Origin: Octopus vulgaris
Taxonomy: Eukaryota
Direction of reading: 5' to 3'
Length of the DNA: 64,000 nucleotides
Assembly (NCBI GenBank): GCA_951406725.2
Contig: OX597828.1
Span: 68,324,001 to 68,388,000, forward strand
The position numbers and the translations under genes were made by a program. The notes beneath the pieces are model-generated. The model saw nothing but the letters and a program-made list of their open reading frames with translations, searched no databases and was not told where the DNA came from. Positions 27,351 to 39,374 of the stretch are shown here, piece after piece (positions within the stretch are counted from its first letter, which is position 1; every line of letters begins with the position of its first letter).

Positions 27351-28127
27351 AGCATCCTAGTTTGTTATAAAAGCTAGATCAACAAACCATATTGCATCTT
27401 TGGTTTTCACCACTGACCACAGAGCACTCAGCCATGTTCCAGCGACAGACAACAGCTCTAGCAGTATTTCCGGACCTCCATCTATTTCGTTTGTTCGTAC
27501 GGTGCTTGGTCACTTCAAACGAACTTTCACAGGCATGATGGGGGAGAATGTTAGTAGCTATTTAGCTGGCGGATTTGGCTGATGAGAGATCACGTGCCTG
27601 GGTGGCACTAAATTTCGAAACCGGTACCGAGTTGACCAGCATTTACTTGTTCTGACCCATTTGAGGTAAAACATTATTATTGTTCACTGATATTTTTTTC
27701 CTATCTTGTCTGTAATAGATTTGTGACTATTTGGTGGTACAGAAGTATTTCTCGACTTCTATCATTGGCGATATAAGTACTCATGTAGTACCCTTATGTA
27801 TATATGTACATATCTAATATTGTATGTATATATTTTATTAATTTGCTTTACGGAAGATAATTCACTTACCACTGGTGATGGTATTTTAATAATACCATCC
27901 CTATATACATATATATATATATATATAGATATATACTAGCTGATGTACCCAGTAATTCCCAGGGGTTTGGATGTTCTATTGAAACATCTTATTACTCTAA
28001 TATAAGAAAGCAATTTCCTTATAACTGCCACAAAAGGTGTATACAAAAAACTGTCAGCTGGAAGAGGGAGAGATTGTTGGAGGTTGGTGAGAGGCAAAGA
28101 CATTATTCTGCTTAGCAAAGGCATCTG

Positions 28128-28169
28128 GTGTGTTAGCATATTCACCTTTAGGTGAATATGCTAACACAC
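28128..28169. repeat. Perfect inverted repeat, 20-bp arms, 2-nt spacer
   Basis: gtgtgttagcatattcacct-tt-aggtgaatatgctaacacac. Confidence 0.95.
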
Positions 28170-28839
28170 ACATATGTATTTATGTATGTATATATTATAT
28201 GTATGTATGTATGTATGTATGAAGGAACCCAAACAAATAAATGAAGATACCAATGTTTAAGATGATACACACTATAACAACAGAAACAGTGAAAAAGTCA
28301 GCATAAGAGGGGGGGGCATTAATCAATTCATTGAACAAACCCCACTGTATAGCAGCTACCCACCTGTTGGGTTATCATCCATAAAATCTGCTGAATGAAT
28401 AGCAAATAAATCCACCACCACCACCACACACACCCACATCCCCATATTTCTATCATTCCTTCCCCCACTCCCATCACCCCCCCTACCAAGTACACACAGA
28501 AATACCCACATAGCTAGATTGGCCTCTGTGATTCATCCCCTAATGCAGTATCACCTGATGAAAGGAATCAATGATGATGACCAGCCAGATGCTCATGGAT
28601 AATACTATGGACTATACTGTACTCATCCCAAGGATACAGGCTCTGGTGTTAAAGTCACGTGATTTGTGGAAACATGCATAGCAATGCATTAAATATTTAT
28701 AAATTCCATCCTAGAATTATTGCTATTATTATATTTATCCTACATTATAACCATGATGTAACCCCAAAAAACTGACTTACTAATCAGCATCATTAGATGG
28801 TAGCCATCATAATGGAACAGAAGCTTTATTTGCATACCT

Positions 28840-29200
28840 ATTTCTTTACTACCCACAAGGGGCTAAACACAGAGGGGACAGACAAACGGATTAAGTCGAT
28901 TATATCGACCCCAGTGCGTAACTGGTACTTAATTTATCGACCCCAAAAGGATGAAAGGCAAAGTCGACCTCGGCGGAATTTGAACTCGTAACGGACAACG
29001 AAATACCTATTTCTTTACTACCCACAAGGGACTAAACACAGAGAGAACAAACAAGGATAGACCCCAGTGCATAACTGGTACTTAATTTATCAACTCCAAA
29101 AGGATGAAAGGCAAAGTCGACTCAACTCAGAATGTAGTGGCAGACGAAATGCCGCTAAGCATTTCACATGGTGTGCTAACGATTCTGCCAGCTCGCCACC
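28840..29200 (-). mobile_element. Two tandem family A SINEs
   Basis: Repeated ctatttctttactacccacaaggg tails at about 28838 and 29007. Confidence 0.85.
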
Positions 29201-29716
29201 TTCCTTTATTTGCATACCCTTAACATTACCATATAAAAATTTAAAAGTTATGTATGTATGTAAAGCAGCCCCACATATTAAAGATATATACATACGGGTA
29301 TCTTATGTGTGCATGGGTGAACTATAACCTATCATTCTTGAACTAAGTAGCTACCTTTATTTGTTGCATGATTATCAAACAGACATATTTTGAGGCCCTC
29401 TTCTACTTTGTAGTAAACACAACATATATTTGTTAAATGGTGAATAACACCAGAGAAATGTAAACTAGTGTTAATTTATGTCAATGGGTATAATCTAGCT
29501 GCCTAGACAGACTGGTGAGCCTTCCTGCACTTACAGATGGCTGTCTGTACTATGAAACGAGATGAGCTATAGACACAAATTCCAAAGCTGTGATCTGCTC
29601 AGCTGGGAAAATCAATAAACAAGTCTACATGTATTGAAAACACACATATACACATGTACTACTTTAACATGTAGTTTACTGCAGTAGCCATAGTCTACAC
29701 TGAAAAGGCTTGATCT

Positions 29717-30174
29717 GGGTTAGGATTAGGGTTAAGGTTTACGGTCAGAGTTTAAGGGTTAGGTTAGGGTTGGGATTAGGGTTTAGAGCAGTGGTTCCCA
29801 AACTTTTTGGGACTGCTGCCCCCTTGGCACTCAGGCCCCATTCTTAGCATCTCCCCCACCCCGACCAAAACAAATTTTCTACAACAAATTCAAAACCACA
29901 GTTTTTCACAAATAAAATTGAACCTAATTAACCTATTATTTTGTTGTTTTTACATACACCCCCCCCCTTTTCGCTACCCCATTATCACCTTTCTTTTCTT
30001 CAATGCTGGATCTTTCCACTGGCCCCAGAGGGCAGTACTGCCCACTTTGGAAACCACTGGTTTAGAGTTTAGCGTTAAGGTTAAGGTTAGAGTTTAGATT
30101 TGGGTTAGGTTAGAGTTTAGGGTTAAGGTTAATGTTTAGGTTTGGGTTAGGTTTAGGGTTAGGGTTAGGGTTAA
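29717..30174 (+). repeat. Degenerate interstitial (TTAGGG)n tract split by a MITE
   Basis: TTAGGG/TTAAGG/TTTAGG variants at 29717-29788 and 30060-30174. Confidence 0.85.
29789..30059. mobile_element. hAT (Charlie-like) MITE
   Basis: TIR CAGTGGTTCCCAAA/TTTGGAAACCACTG; perfect 8-bp TSD gtttagag at 29781-29788 and 30060-30067. Confidence 0.88.
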
Positions 30175-30952
30175 ACTGTGCACACTAAAGCATAAATGAC
30201 CAGGTAGACCTAAAGTGGCACCGACAACATCTGGTCACTTACTATTATAAATTCTAGAGCTACTAACATTAAAACAAACACACGTAATAGAAAAGACAAC
30301 CACAGAGGAATGACTGCAAAGGCTAGTAGTGTGGTAGCAAATCAATTATTTAATAAAAGTAAAATATAATCGATATGCTTTTATTGGTGAAATGATGTAA
30401 AAACTACTTTGCATGCATGCATGTATGTAAGTATTGAAGAGAGCTTTAAACCATCCTTTATATCTATTATACACTGATGTAAGAACAGGTCGTTTATAAA
30501 GCTTGAAACACGTGTACCGTGATATCCTTTGTGTTCTGTTTTTGCTTTTATTAGATATATGTATGTATGGCTGGATGGGTGGCGGACGGGTCAATTCATG
30601 CATGTATGCATGCGTGCGTGTCTGTACGCATGTATGTCTTTGAATGAAGATTTTGATCACCATTCGAAACTATTGAGTGTTAATTCAATACTGGGGGGGG
30701 GGGGGGTCATTTGAAAGATTCTAGAGTGTAAAACTCAGCTTGGTGGCCAACATTCTCAGTTTAGATAATTATGTGAATGAACTAAACTTCATATAATGCG
30801 TGGCAGCCATCATCATTCAAACCTTAGCGTTCGAAGATATCTAGATAAAAGGGAAAGATTGGGGGGGGGGGGGATAACAACACACACACACAAATGTAGT
30901 TGTTAAAAGTACAATTAATATCCGACAAAATCTTCAAATTTATTGATTTACA

Positions 30953-31341
30953 GGATCTTTTCGGTTTGAACGGCAGTTTTTCCTAGCGGTGTCATATGAA
31001 ATTGTCACCCAGAATCGATCTATTGCATTTCAATCTGTTTTAGGGTTAGGGGTGGGGGGAAGGGTATCTTTTTTTCTTCACAAATGTAAATAAACCCAAA
31101 CTGTTTCTTAAACGAGGGACAAATTCATACGGCACAGAATGCTTTTTACCTCAATAGATGTCATTGAATGGTTGAAATTGCAGAAATTGAAGAAGAAAAA
31201 ACAACAAATATCTTACAAACTATAGAATTTTCTCAATAAAGCCAAGAGAAAAAGATGTTTTATAAACACATTCTACCAGGATACGAAGTTTAAAAGTGTT
31301 TAGTTATGTGGAAATTATTTTAAAAAACTGCCGTTCAAACC
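30953..31341. mobile_element. MITE with GGATCTTTTCGGTTTGAACGGCAG TIR and 8-bp TSD (Merlin-like)
   Basis: TSD gatttaca at 30945-30952 and 31342-31349; right TIR lacks its last bases; second copy in opposite orientation at about 52900-53316. Confidence 0.82.
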
Positions 31342-31344
31342 GAT

Positions 31345-32045
31345 TTACATAACTTAAGAAGAAATAAAATTTGACTTCGTTCCAGAACAAAGGAAAATAC
31401 AATAAGAAATAAACTTTGCGTTTAAAATTAATTGGAAACAATAACAGCGGCAAAGCATTATCAAACACGTGAGCAATTAGGAAAAAACATTATGAAATTA
31501 AGGTTGGTTGGCCAGACTTTGAATTGAGCTGACAAAAAAACATTGACCTTGATGTAGTCACGTTTCGCGCACGTGTTTCATAAATTGCGCCTGTGAGAAG
31601 CGACCAAGAAACACTATTACTGAACTCATTAATCTGTTTTACACCTTTTAATTATTTTTTTCTTCTTTGCTAAAAATAATATTTTATGCAGTCCATCGAG
31701 TACAGACATATGTTTTTTGTGCAGTTTTTACTTTTGTGTAATCATATTTACGAAGAAGATAACATGAAACTTATTTCTAATGTAAGTGACGTCATTACGG
31801 AACGGTTAATATAAAAGAAGGAATGTTTCTTATTTCGATCTTCTAGGGTAGCTTGGAATTTGTTTTTTATTTTTCCGCAGCTGTTAAGATAAAGTATTAA
31901 TAATACAAAACAACTATAAGTTTCCGCAAACCCTGAGTTTCGTTAATAACAGTTGTTGCTCTCGCTGAAGTCAGTTTATTTCCACTGAAAATAAAGAATC
32001 ACACAGAAAGATGTATAAAAACTACAAATTTTTATAAATGTACAC
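31345..32045. promoter_or_regulatory. Duplicated candidate clock enhancer, copy A (distal)
   Basis: TTACATAA D-box 31345, CACGTG 31466, TGACCTTGA 31544, CACGTT 31559 plus CACGTG 31570, TGACGTCA 31787; near-identical to 39375-40070. Confidence 0.6.
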
Positions 32046-32629
32046 GCATTTTCCCTGTCTTTTTTCCTCTTCCGTGTGAGTCTATGAATGTGTATTTATA
32101 TATTTAAAAATCTATTTATATATTGAAGACATCCTTTGTGCTTCTTTAGATTCCTTAAATTGCAGCAGGCACGTGTTTGATTTAGCAGTAACTGATTACA
32201 AGCTTTTGTTATTTTACATAATCTTAGGCAACAGTCGGTTACGTGTGTCGGTGAAGGTGGCGTAGTTGTTATTAATAGATGAAATTGTTTTATTAACAGA
32301 ACTGGTTTGAAATAAGCGCCCACACACATACGCACAGAGCGAAGTTTGGTGGGTAACTGGATATCGTTTAGGCTGTGTGTTGTTTCCCTATATACCGAAG
32401 TTAATAGAAAAATTTGTGTAGTAATTCCAGAATTAAGCATTTGAACATAATTTATTGTGTTGCCCTTGTATGAAAAGATGTTCATGCATTACCATGAATG
32501 GAAACACTAAGCTATGACCTGCAAAGAAAATGCATGTTCGAAGTTTAACACCAGGACTGGTTGGTTTTGACATATTAAGCAAATATACAGGTGCCGTACC
32601 ATGTCGTCTTCGATATCCTCGATAGAATA

Positions 32630-33698
32630 TGCAGCCGTTAAAGCAGAGAGAGAGAGTGTGTGTGTGTGTGTGTAATTCGAAGCTCGACCCAAGACACTCT
32701 AAAACTGGTGAGAGTGGAGAGTGTCACACCAGCTCGAACGTCTCGACACTCTGCCAAATTGGCGCCTTTATTGACGATATTTATAGGCTTTATTCACAGA
32801 AAGTTCCAGGCGGATTATAGAACTATCACCGGAGCATTTATTGGACAAGATATCGGTTGCGCACATGATAAAACAGTGATTAAATTGTGAGTTGAAATTC
32901 CTATATAGCAAAAAGCAGATTCGAATCCGATGCTACACACATTACTTGCTGAATCTGGAAGAAGCTGTTGCACATGAGCTTGCAGGTCGATAAGTCTGCC
33001 CTGAACTGTTACAGGTCGACACGCGGGAAAGATATGAGCAGGAAAAAAAATTTCTAGGAAGCAAAGCAAGGACTGAACATAATTGTTAGTGCAGGGCCTG
33101 GTGATGGAGATGGATATGCGAACGGATAGAGTTGTGCCTGAGAGTTGGAGACATAACACTAAACAGTTCTATTGAAGAGAGGCTATTATAATAGCAGTAG
33201 AAAAGAGAGAGAGAGAGGAAACTCGACGGAGAGAGGCTAGTGTCAGTCCATTAGTGATGGAATATCAATCAGTCAAGATAGTTCTCTAGATGCAATCGAG
33301 GATGTCTGCATATATTGTAACTAGCACTATGACCCGGCAAGGGGTCATTGCCAGTGCTGCCTGACTGGCCCCAGCGCTGGTGGCTCGTAAAAAGCACCGA
33401 CTACACTCTCGGGGTGGTTGGCGTTAGGAAGGGCATCTAGCTGTAGAAACACTGCCAGATCAGACTGGAGTCTGGTTCACCAGACCTCAGCCAATTCGTC
33501 CAACCCATGCTAGCATGGAAAGCGGATGTTAAACGATGATGATGACAGCCTATAAATAGTGTGAATTATTTTCTGCGCTTCGCAGTGTCGTAGACGTCCG
33601 AGCCGGTATGATGTCCTCTACTGTCGCCAATTTCAGAGTGTCTTGGGCTAAACTTCAAATTGCACACTCTCTCTCTATAGCTGTTTTAATGACTGCCT
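32630..33698. mobile_element. Old element with about 130-bp diverged terminal inverted repeats, interrupted by a family C copy
   Basis: ...cccaagacactctaaaactgg...cgacact is the reverse complement of agtgtcg...ccaatttcagagtgtcttggg... Confidence 0.6.
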
Positions 33699-34635
33699 AT
33701 TCTGTAGTGTGATGGAGGAAAAGGACAACCGAAAAAGAAGCAACGGGAGAAAGAAATACACAAGGCCTTACCTCTGCAAAATCAGTGGTCACTTTCATGA
33801 ATTCAACACGTCTTGTTGCTCTGCGCTCTTTGCTGGAACTGACCACACATGCTTCCTGCCCACGCATGCCCCTTTCACTCTTCCGCCGGCCCCTGCAAGC
33901 CTTACTTCCGCCCACCTCATCTGACATCCTCTCCACCAACACCACATAGCTCATCACAGCCCATAACACCGCTAACACCACATATTCAATCGAAGATATC
34001 AAAGAAACTGACATGACAAGGCAACTGTATATTTGCTTAATATGTTTAAACTTCAAATAGACATTTTCCTTGCATATCATATAATGCTATTTCTACCACA
34101 CTGTTTCTATATAGGAACTGCAAAACATGAACATCTTTTCATACTAATACAGCACAATAAATCATGCTCAAATGTTTGCTCAAAAGGAGCCAAAATTAAT
34201 TTCCCTGTTACTGGTATACCAGGGTGGAATAAATTGTGAAGTTCTGAAAAGTAACTGTTAGCCTATGTTTTTCTCTGGTACAAATGGCCTAGAAGACCCG
34301 ATAGAAACATCGCACCAAATTTGTGAATCACTAGAATGTAGTGGTAATAATCGATGGTCTAAAGAAAATAGCTCTGAATTCCTGAGCTGCAATAATCCTT
34401 CATTGTCGTTCTAATCCGCAGAAATTAATCGCATCACCTAAGTGTAGAGATATAAACACGAGATCATCCATGTGATGCAGAATTTTTAGAACCACTGACA
34501 TGACATATATACACAGTAAATTGTGAAATACAATCAAAGTGTCTAATGTGCAGTGGGGAATATTTGTCCGTTTTGGATCATTAATAGCTTATGATCAAAA
34601 TAAATAATAAAGCTTCTTCCTTCCAGGAAATTTAT

Positions 34636-35145
34636 GTTAGTTAGTTAGTTAATTTTTGGCTCAAAAAGTAAAAAGCAAGGCCATGTAGGGGGACATGGAG
34701 TTATGTACAGGGTGGTATTCATGTAAAGAGTTTAGGCCACTTGTGGTCAAGGGAGACTGAACCGAGCGGTCGTCGGCATCTTCACCATCTCGTCCGGCAG
34801 CTTATTCCATGGATCCGCAACCCAGACGGAGAAAGCCCCTCTCCTTCGATTGAGATGAAATCGTCGCAGATAGAGCTTTTTGGAGTGACCCCGCAGCTGA
34901 CGCTCTGGAGCAGGAGTAAAGAACAGCTCTTTCGAGAGGTTACACTTTCCGCTTATGATGTTGTGAGCAAGAATGAGATCACCACGGCGTCGTCGTTTTT
35001 CTAGAGAATAAAGGTCGAGCGTCTTCAGCTTTTCTTCATAAGACAAATTCTTGAGACCAAGAACCATGCGGGTAGCCAGCTTCTGGACTCTTTTGAGATG
35101 CTGTATGTCTTTGGGGAGATAAGGAGAAGAGGTTTGAATCCCGAT
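34636..35145 (-). mobile_element. CR1-type LINE 3' end
   Basis: ORF 34747-35067 LSYEEKLKTLDLYSLEKRRRRGDLI...LRGHSKKL...WNKLP is a typical CR1 ORF2 C-terminus; (TAAC)n tail at about 34637-34652. Confidence 0.9.
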
Positions 35146-35800
35146 GAAAGTGTTTTACTGACAAAAAAGCAGCCAGCAATTCTCACCTGAAGATACTTTA
35201 TCTTGTTTCGGACGACTTCAAACACTTCAAGAAGAAAGGAAGAGGTTGCCAAGAATTCTGGACAAACTGTTGCAACACTCCACCGATTCCTACGTTAGAT
35301 GCATCTATCACAAGGGACAAAAGTGCATCTGGTATCGAATGGGCTAATAGGGTGACTTTCGTTAATTTCTCTTTTATGTCGTTAAAATGTAATTCTGTTG
35401 GAAAGATGTTCTCTATTTTCCGTTTACGATTATGCAGTAATTCCGTTAATGGATAAATGGTCTCCGTGCAGTGCAAAATGAACCACCTATAAAGCCAAGG
35501 ACTTTCGCAACTTCCTTTGACAATGTAGGAACAGGGATTTTCATAATCGCATCTACTTTTGCCTTCAATGGCCGGATTCCATCTTTCCGATAATATGTCC
35601 TAAAAATGTTACTGATGAAATACCAAAAATGGTATTTACTGGAGTCAGTCATTACACTATAGTGTGATAATCTAATAAAACTTCTTCCAAATGCAGTTCT
35701 TTCGTAACACCCGTAATAAATAAGACATCGAAATAAGCAAACACAAAGTCTAAACTGTGACTGACATTTTAAGACACTCAGAGAGCCCCCAAAAGGTATG
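35146..35800 (-). mobile_element. Decayed Ty3/Gypsy pol (RT-RNase H) fragment
   Basis: LVIDASNVGIGGVLQQ..WQPLPFF..LKSSETR RNase H motif; DGIRPLKAKVDAI RT C-terminus. Confidence 0.88.
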
Positions 35801-36629
35801 TAACAAATAGCTTCTTAGATTCTTAGCCAAGATTCGAAATCTAACCTAGATTTTTCTCGGATTCGTTTCCTATTGCTCTTGGCTTTTGCACTTGGAAATT
35901 TATGAGGGTCAACTATCAACTTGGATAGTTCTATTCTTTAACTGTAACATTTCGAGAATAACTTCGGTCAAGGCAGATAAGACATGAAAAATCCTTTGTT
36001 TAGCATGACCTAACTTAGAGAAAATATAAATATGGAACCCAAATTCAGTTCTTCCTTTCATTTTGGCCCCGACAGAAGAAGCACCTCATACGAGGGACTA
36101 CACAACTTTCACTCTCTCTACTAGTCAACACACCGCCAGAAGTTGTTGTTGACAGACAACAGCAGTAATTTTATTCAGCTGAATACACGCCATTGATTAG
36201 TTGAACTTACCGAAATACGACAACTTTAACACAAAATTACTTTGAAAATACAAACTTTTCTCAACAACACTAAGAGTAAAAGATATTTTATATGACACAT
36301 TCAACCAGTGTCTGAAGTTTGAAAGTGTTTAGTTACAAAAAATTAATTTCTTGATCTGCCGTTCAAAAGGTAAAGATCCAAAACTTGCTCTATGCCGAAC
36401 ACCTGAACTCCATCGTGACAACCCACCTCATTGAAGAAAATAGCAGGAAAAGGCATCCTTAAATAGCTATGGGTTGGTTCAAACAGACCACACTTTTCTG
36501 GTTGGGCAAGTGGTCTACTTCTGAACTGATCACTCAACCACCTAAGTACTTTGGTTGAGATCAAATAATATAAATTTTGTCCTATTGTAAAAAAAATGTC
36601 TTCAGCAACATTCAATTTGGAACCATTCA

Positions 36630-37900
36630 AAACAGTTCAGCATCTCTTGATTGGTTGAAAGACATATATTCAGTTTTCTTGACATTTGCAGTTCTATTTT
36701 AGCAGCTGATGCTTCTATTCTGCTGAGTAGCTGTTGTGGTCAATCTATTTCATTAGATATGAGTGCAGTATCATCTGTGAAGTCCAGGTCTGTGATGGTT
36801 ATTGCTGGTACTCTCCATGATCTTTGCTGGTCTATGGTGAAACCAAGGTCTTTGTCACTGTTGTCTAAAGCCTGCTGCATTGCACAATCCAATACAACTG
36901 CAGACAGGTAAGGTGCAAGCGTATCTCCTAGTAGCATCCAAGATAATCATCATCATCATCATTTAACATCTGCTTTCTATGCTAGCATGGGTTGGACGAT
37001 TTTGACTGAGGGCTGACGAACCAGATGGCTGCACCAGGCTCCAATCTTGATCTGGCAGAGTTTCTACAGCTGGATGCCCTTCCTAACGCCAACCACTCCG
37101 AGAGTGTAATGGGTGCTTTTTAAGTGCCACCAGCACAAGAAAAAGCGGATAAAGAATTCCATTTCTCCGTCAGATGACAACACATGAGCTCTGGTCTTTC
37201 CATAGGTTTTTGCAATGACAAGAACAAGTTCTTTAGGAATGCCATATTCTCGAAGGATGTTCAATATTTTGTAATGATGGATGCTGTGAAATGCTTTGCT
37301 GAAGTCCATGAAGGTTATAATGGCAAGTAGCTGTCTTGATTCAATTCCTTCTACAACATGTCTCAGAGCTAAGATCTGAGATGTTGTTGATCTTTCTAGT
37401 CTAAATCCATTTTGATTTGCTCTCAGATGACCATCAAGCAACAGTTGAATCCTGCTGAGGACCATTCGGTTGATAACTTTGAGTGTGGGATATTGGACAG
37501 TGCAATTTCTTTGTAGTTACTTTCATTGCTGAGGTTTCCTGATTTTGGGATCAAGTCAATCTTGGACCACTACTCTGGAATTCTTTGGTTCTGCAAAATC
37601 CAGTATTATTTCATTCAGATTGCACCTCTTCTCTTCTCTCTTTTTATATTCTCTTATATACCATTGTATTTTTTTCTTTATTTTCTGCTTATATACACAG
37701 GAGTGTGAAAGACTAAGGGAGTAAATCCCTACAGAAAATTCAGAAAGAAGGCCCCTAAGACAGTTGGTTGGGAGGACTGAGTCAAACCATCTTCTGGCAG
37801 CCCCCAGTGTAGAGAAAACTTCCATCCACCAGGTCCCCAGATGGCAGATAGGGGAAAGGCCTTCAGATATGAAGGTTAGCTGTGATATAAAAATGAACAG
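36630..37900 (-). mobile_element. Decayed RTE-clade LINE, interrupted by a family C element (36947-37137)
   Basis: LRANQNGFR..RSTTSQILALR..FMDFSKAFHSIH; GDTLAPYL..TDLDFTDD. Confidence 0.88.
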
Positions 37901-38354
37901 ACCTGACCAAACATACCAAGATTAAACCTCAATGACAAAAAATCCCAGTCTTGAATGGTGGGAGGTTGTTATGTGGGAGATGCAAGCTCAACAAACTAAT
38001 TCAATGGATCCACACAATTTCTGCCTCAGCCAGGGAGATCTTGTTTCTAATGAGGAAATGCAATCTACAGGAGGTGTGTGATTGCTGTCAGTATTAAGTT
38101 ATTGAAAAACCAAAAAGATGGAGACATGCATGATACAAACACGACACATTTCAAGCACATGCATTCTTAACTGAACAAATGCACACTAACACAAGGCTTC
38201 AATTCACACACATACATATAAACATTAGACTTAAACACACCTGCAACAAATGTACAGTAATATGTAGAACTTTGTGAATAAACACATATCCATAGCTTTT
38301 GTATGCGAAATGGAAAATTTGAAGACAGATGATACCCACACAGGTACACGGTTT

Positions 38355-38945
38355 ATCTTGTTTCAGTCATGAGACTGTGACCATGCTGGGGCACTGCCTT
38401 GAAGAATTTTTAGTCGAATGAATTGACCTCAGTTCCTTTTTTAAAAACTGGTACTTATTCTATCGGTCACTTTGCCGAACCGCTAAGTTACGGGGACGTA
38501 AACACACCAACAGCAGTTGTCAAGCGGTGATGTGGGGACAAACGCAGACACAAATATATATATATATGTAAAATGTGACCGCGTGTGTACCGTTGGCGAT
38601 TTTTCCTCCCTCTTCCCTTCCTTGGATCTTTCCTTTTCCTATGTTTCTGACGAAGAGCTCTGCTCGAAACGTTAAATCCTCCTTCTTTCTTTCCTTTCCT
38701 GAGCGTCTAATAACACTATACTTGTTCCACGTCCTCGCGTTGTTGTGTTTTCATGTTTGGATTAACTGTATATATATATATATATATATAACGGGCTTCT
38801 TTCAGTTTCCATCTATCAAATCCACTCACAAGGGTTTGATCGGCCCGAGGTTCTAGTAGACGACACTTGCCCAAGCTGTCACGCAGTGGGACTGAACGAG
38901 GAACGATGTAGTTGGGAAGCGTCTTGCCACACGCCTGCACCTACA
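38355..38945 (-). mobile_element. Family B SINE with a Penelope-like insert (about 38570-38765) in its (TA)n tract
   Basis: SINE halves flank a segment bordered by (TA)n on both sides that holds the hammerhead motif. Confidence 0.7.
38643..38677 (+). ncRNA. Minimal type I hammerhead ribozyme motif (Penelope/retrozyme-like)
   Basis: GTTT-CTGACGA-A-GAGC(TCT)GCTC-GAAA-CGT-T-AAAT: intact core, 4-bp helix II, palindromic ACGT helix III, short helix I. Confidence 0.65.
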
Positions 38946-39374
38946 TGCAAGTAAAATTTTCGTTAGTGAAAAATCAAGCCCTTGTTACCTCTGTAATAAA
39001 TAATATGGACATTGTATTTAGAAATAATACATTCATGTCGGATTATCATGATTCTTATTCAACCTGTTGGCCACGAACCCAGGGCGCTATTTCCCGGCCA
39101 ATGCCCAGTATCGTAATACAATACACGTATGTGCGTTAATGTATTATTGTATGCCTGTGTGTGTGTTTGAATTAAAATTTGATTACTAAATGATAAATAT
39201 TAGTTTTAAATATATGAATAGATTTCATACTATGAGTACAATCGTCTTCATTCATCAGTAGAGAGGAGGGAAAGATTCAGAAAAAAAAAAGACAAGTAAA
39301 TAATACGCATAAAAATATGCAGATGTGTTTAAAGTACAGTAAGCATCCAACTACCAGTCTTCAAATGTATTCAT

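Noticed and set aside
27868-27900. Partial hammerhead-like remnants (also about 1630-1676, 28553 and 53613)
   Set aside because: Core boxes are incomplete or mutated, so they cannot be called ribozymes.
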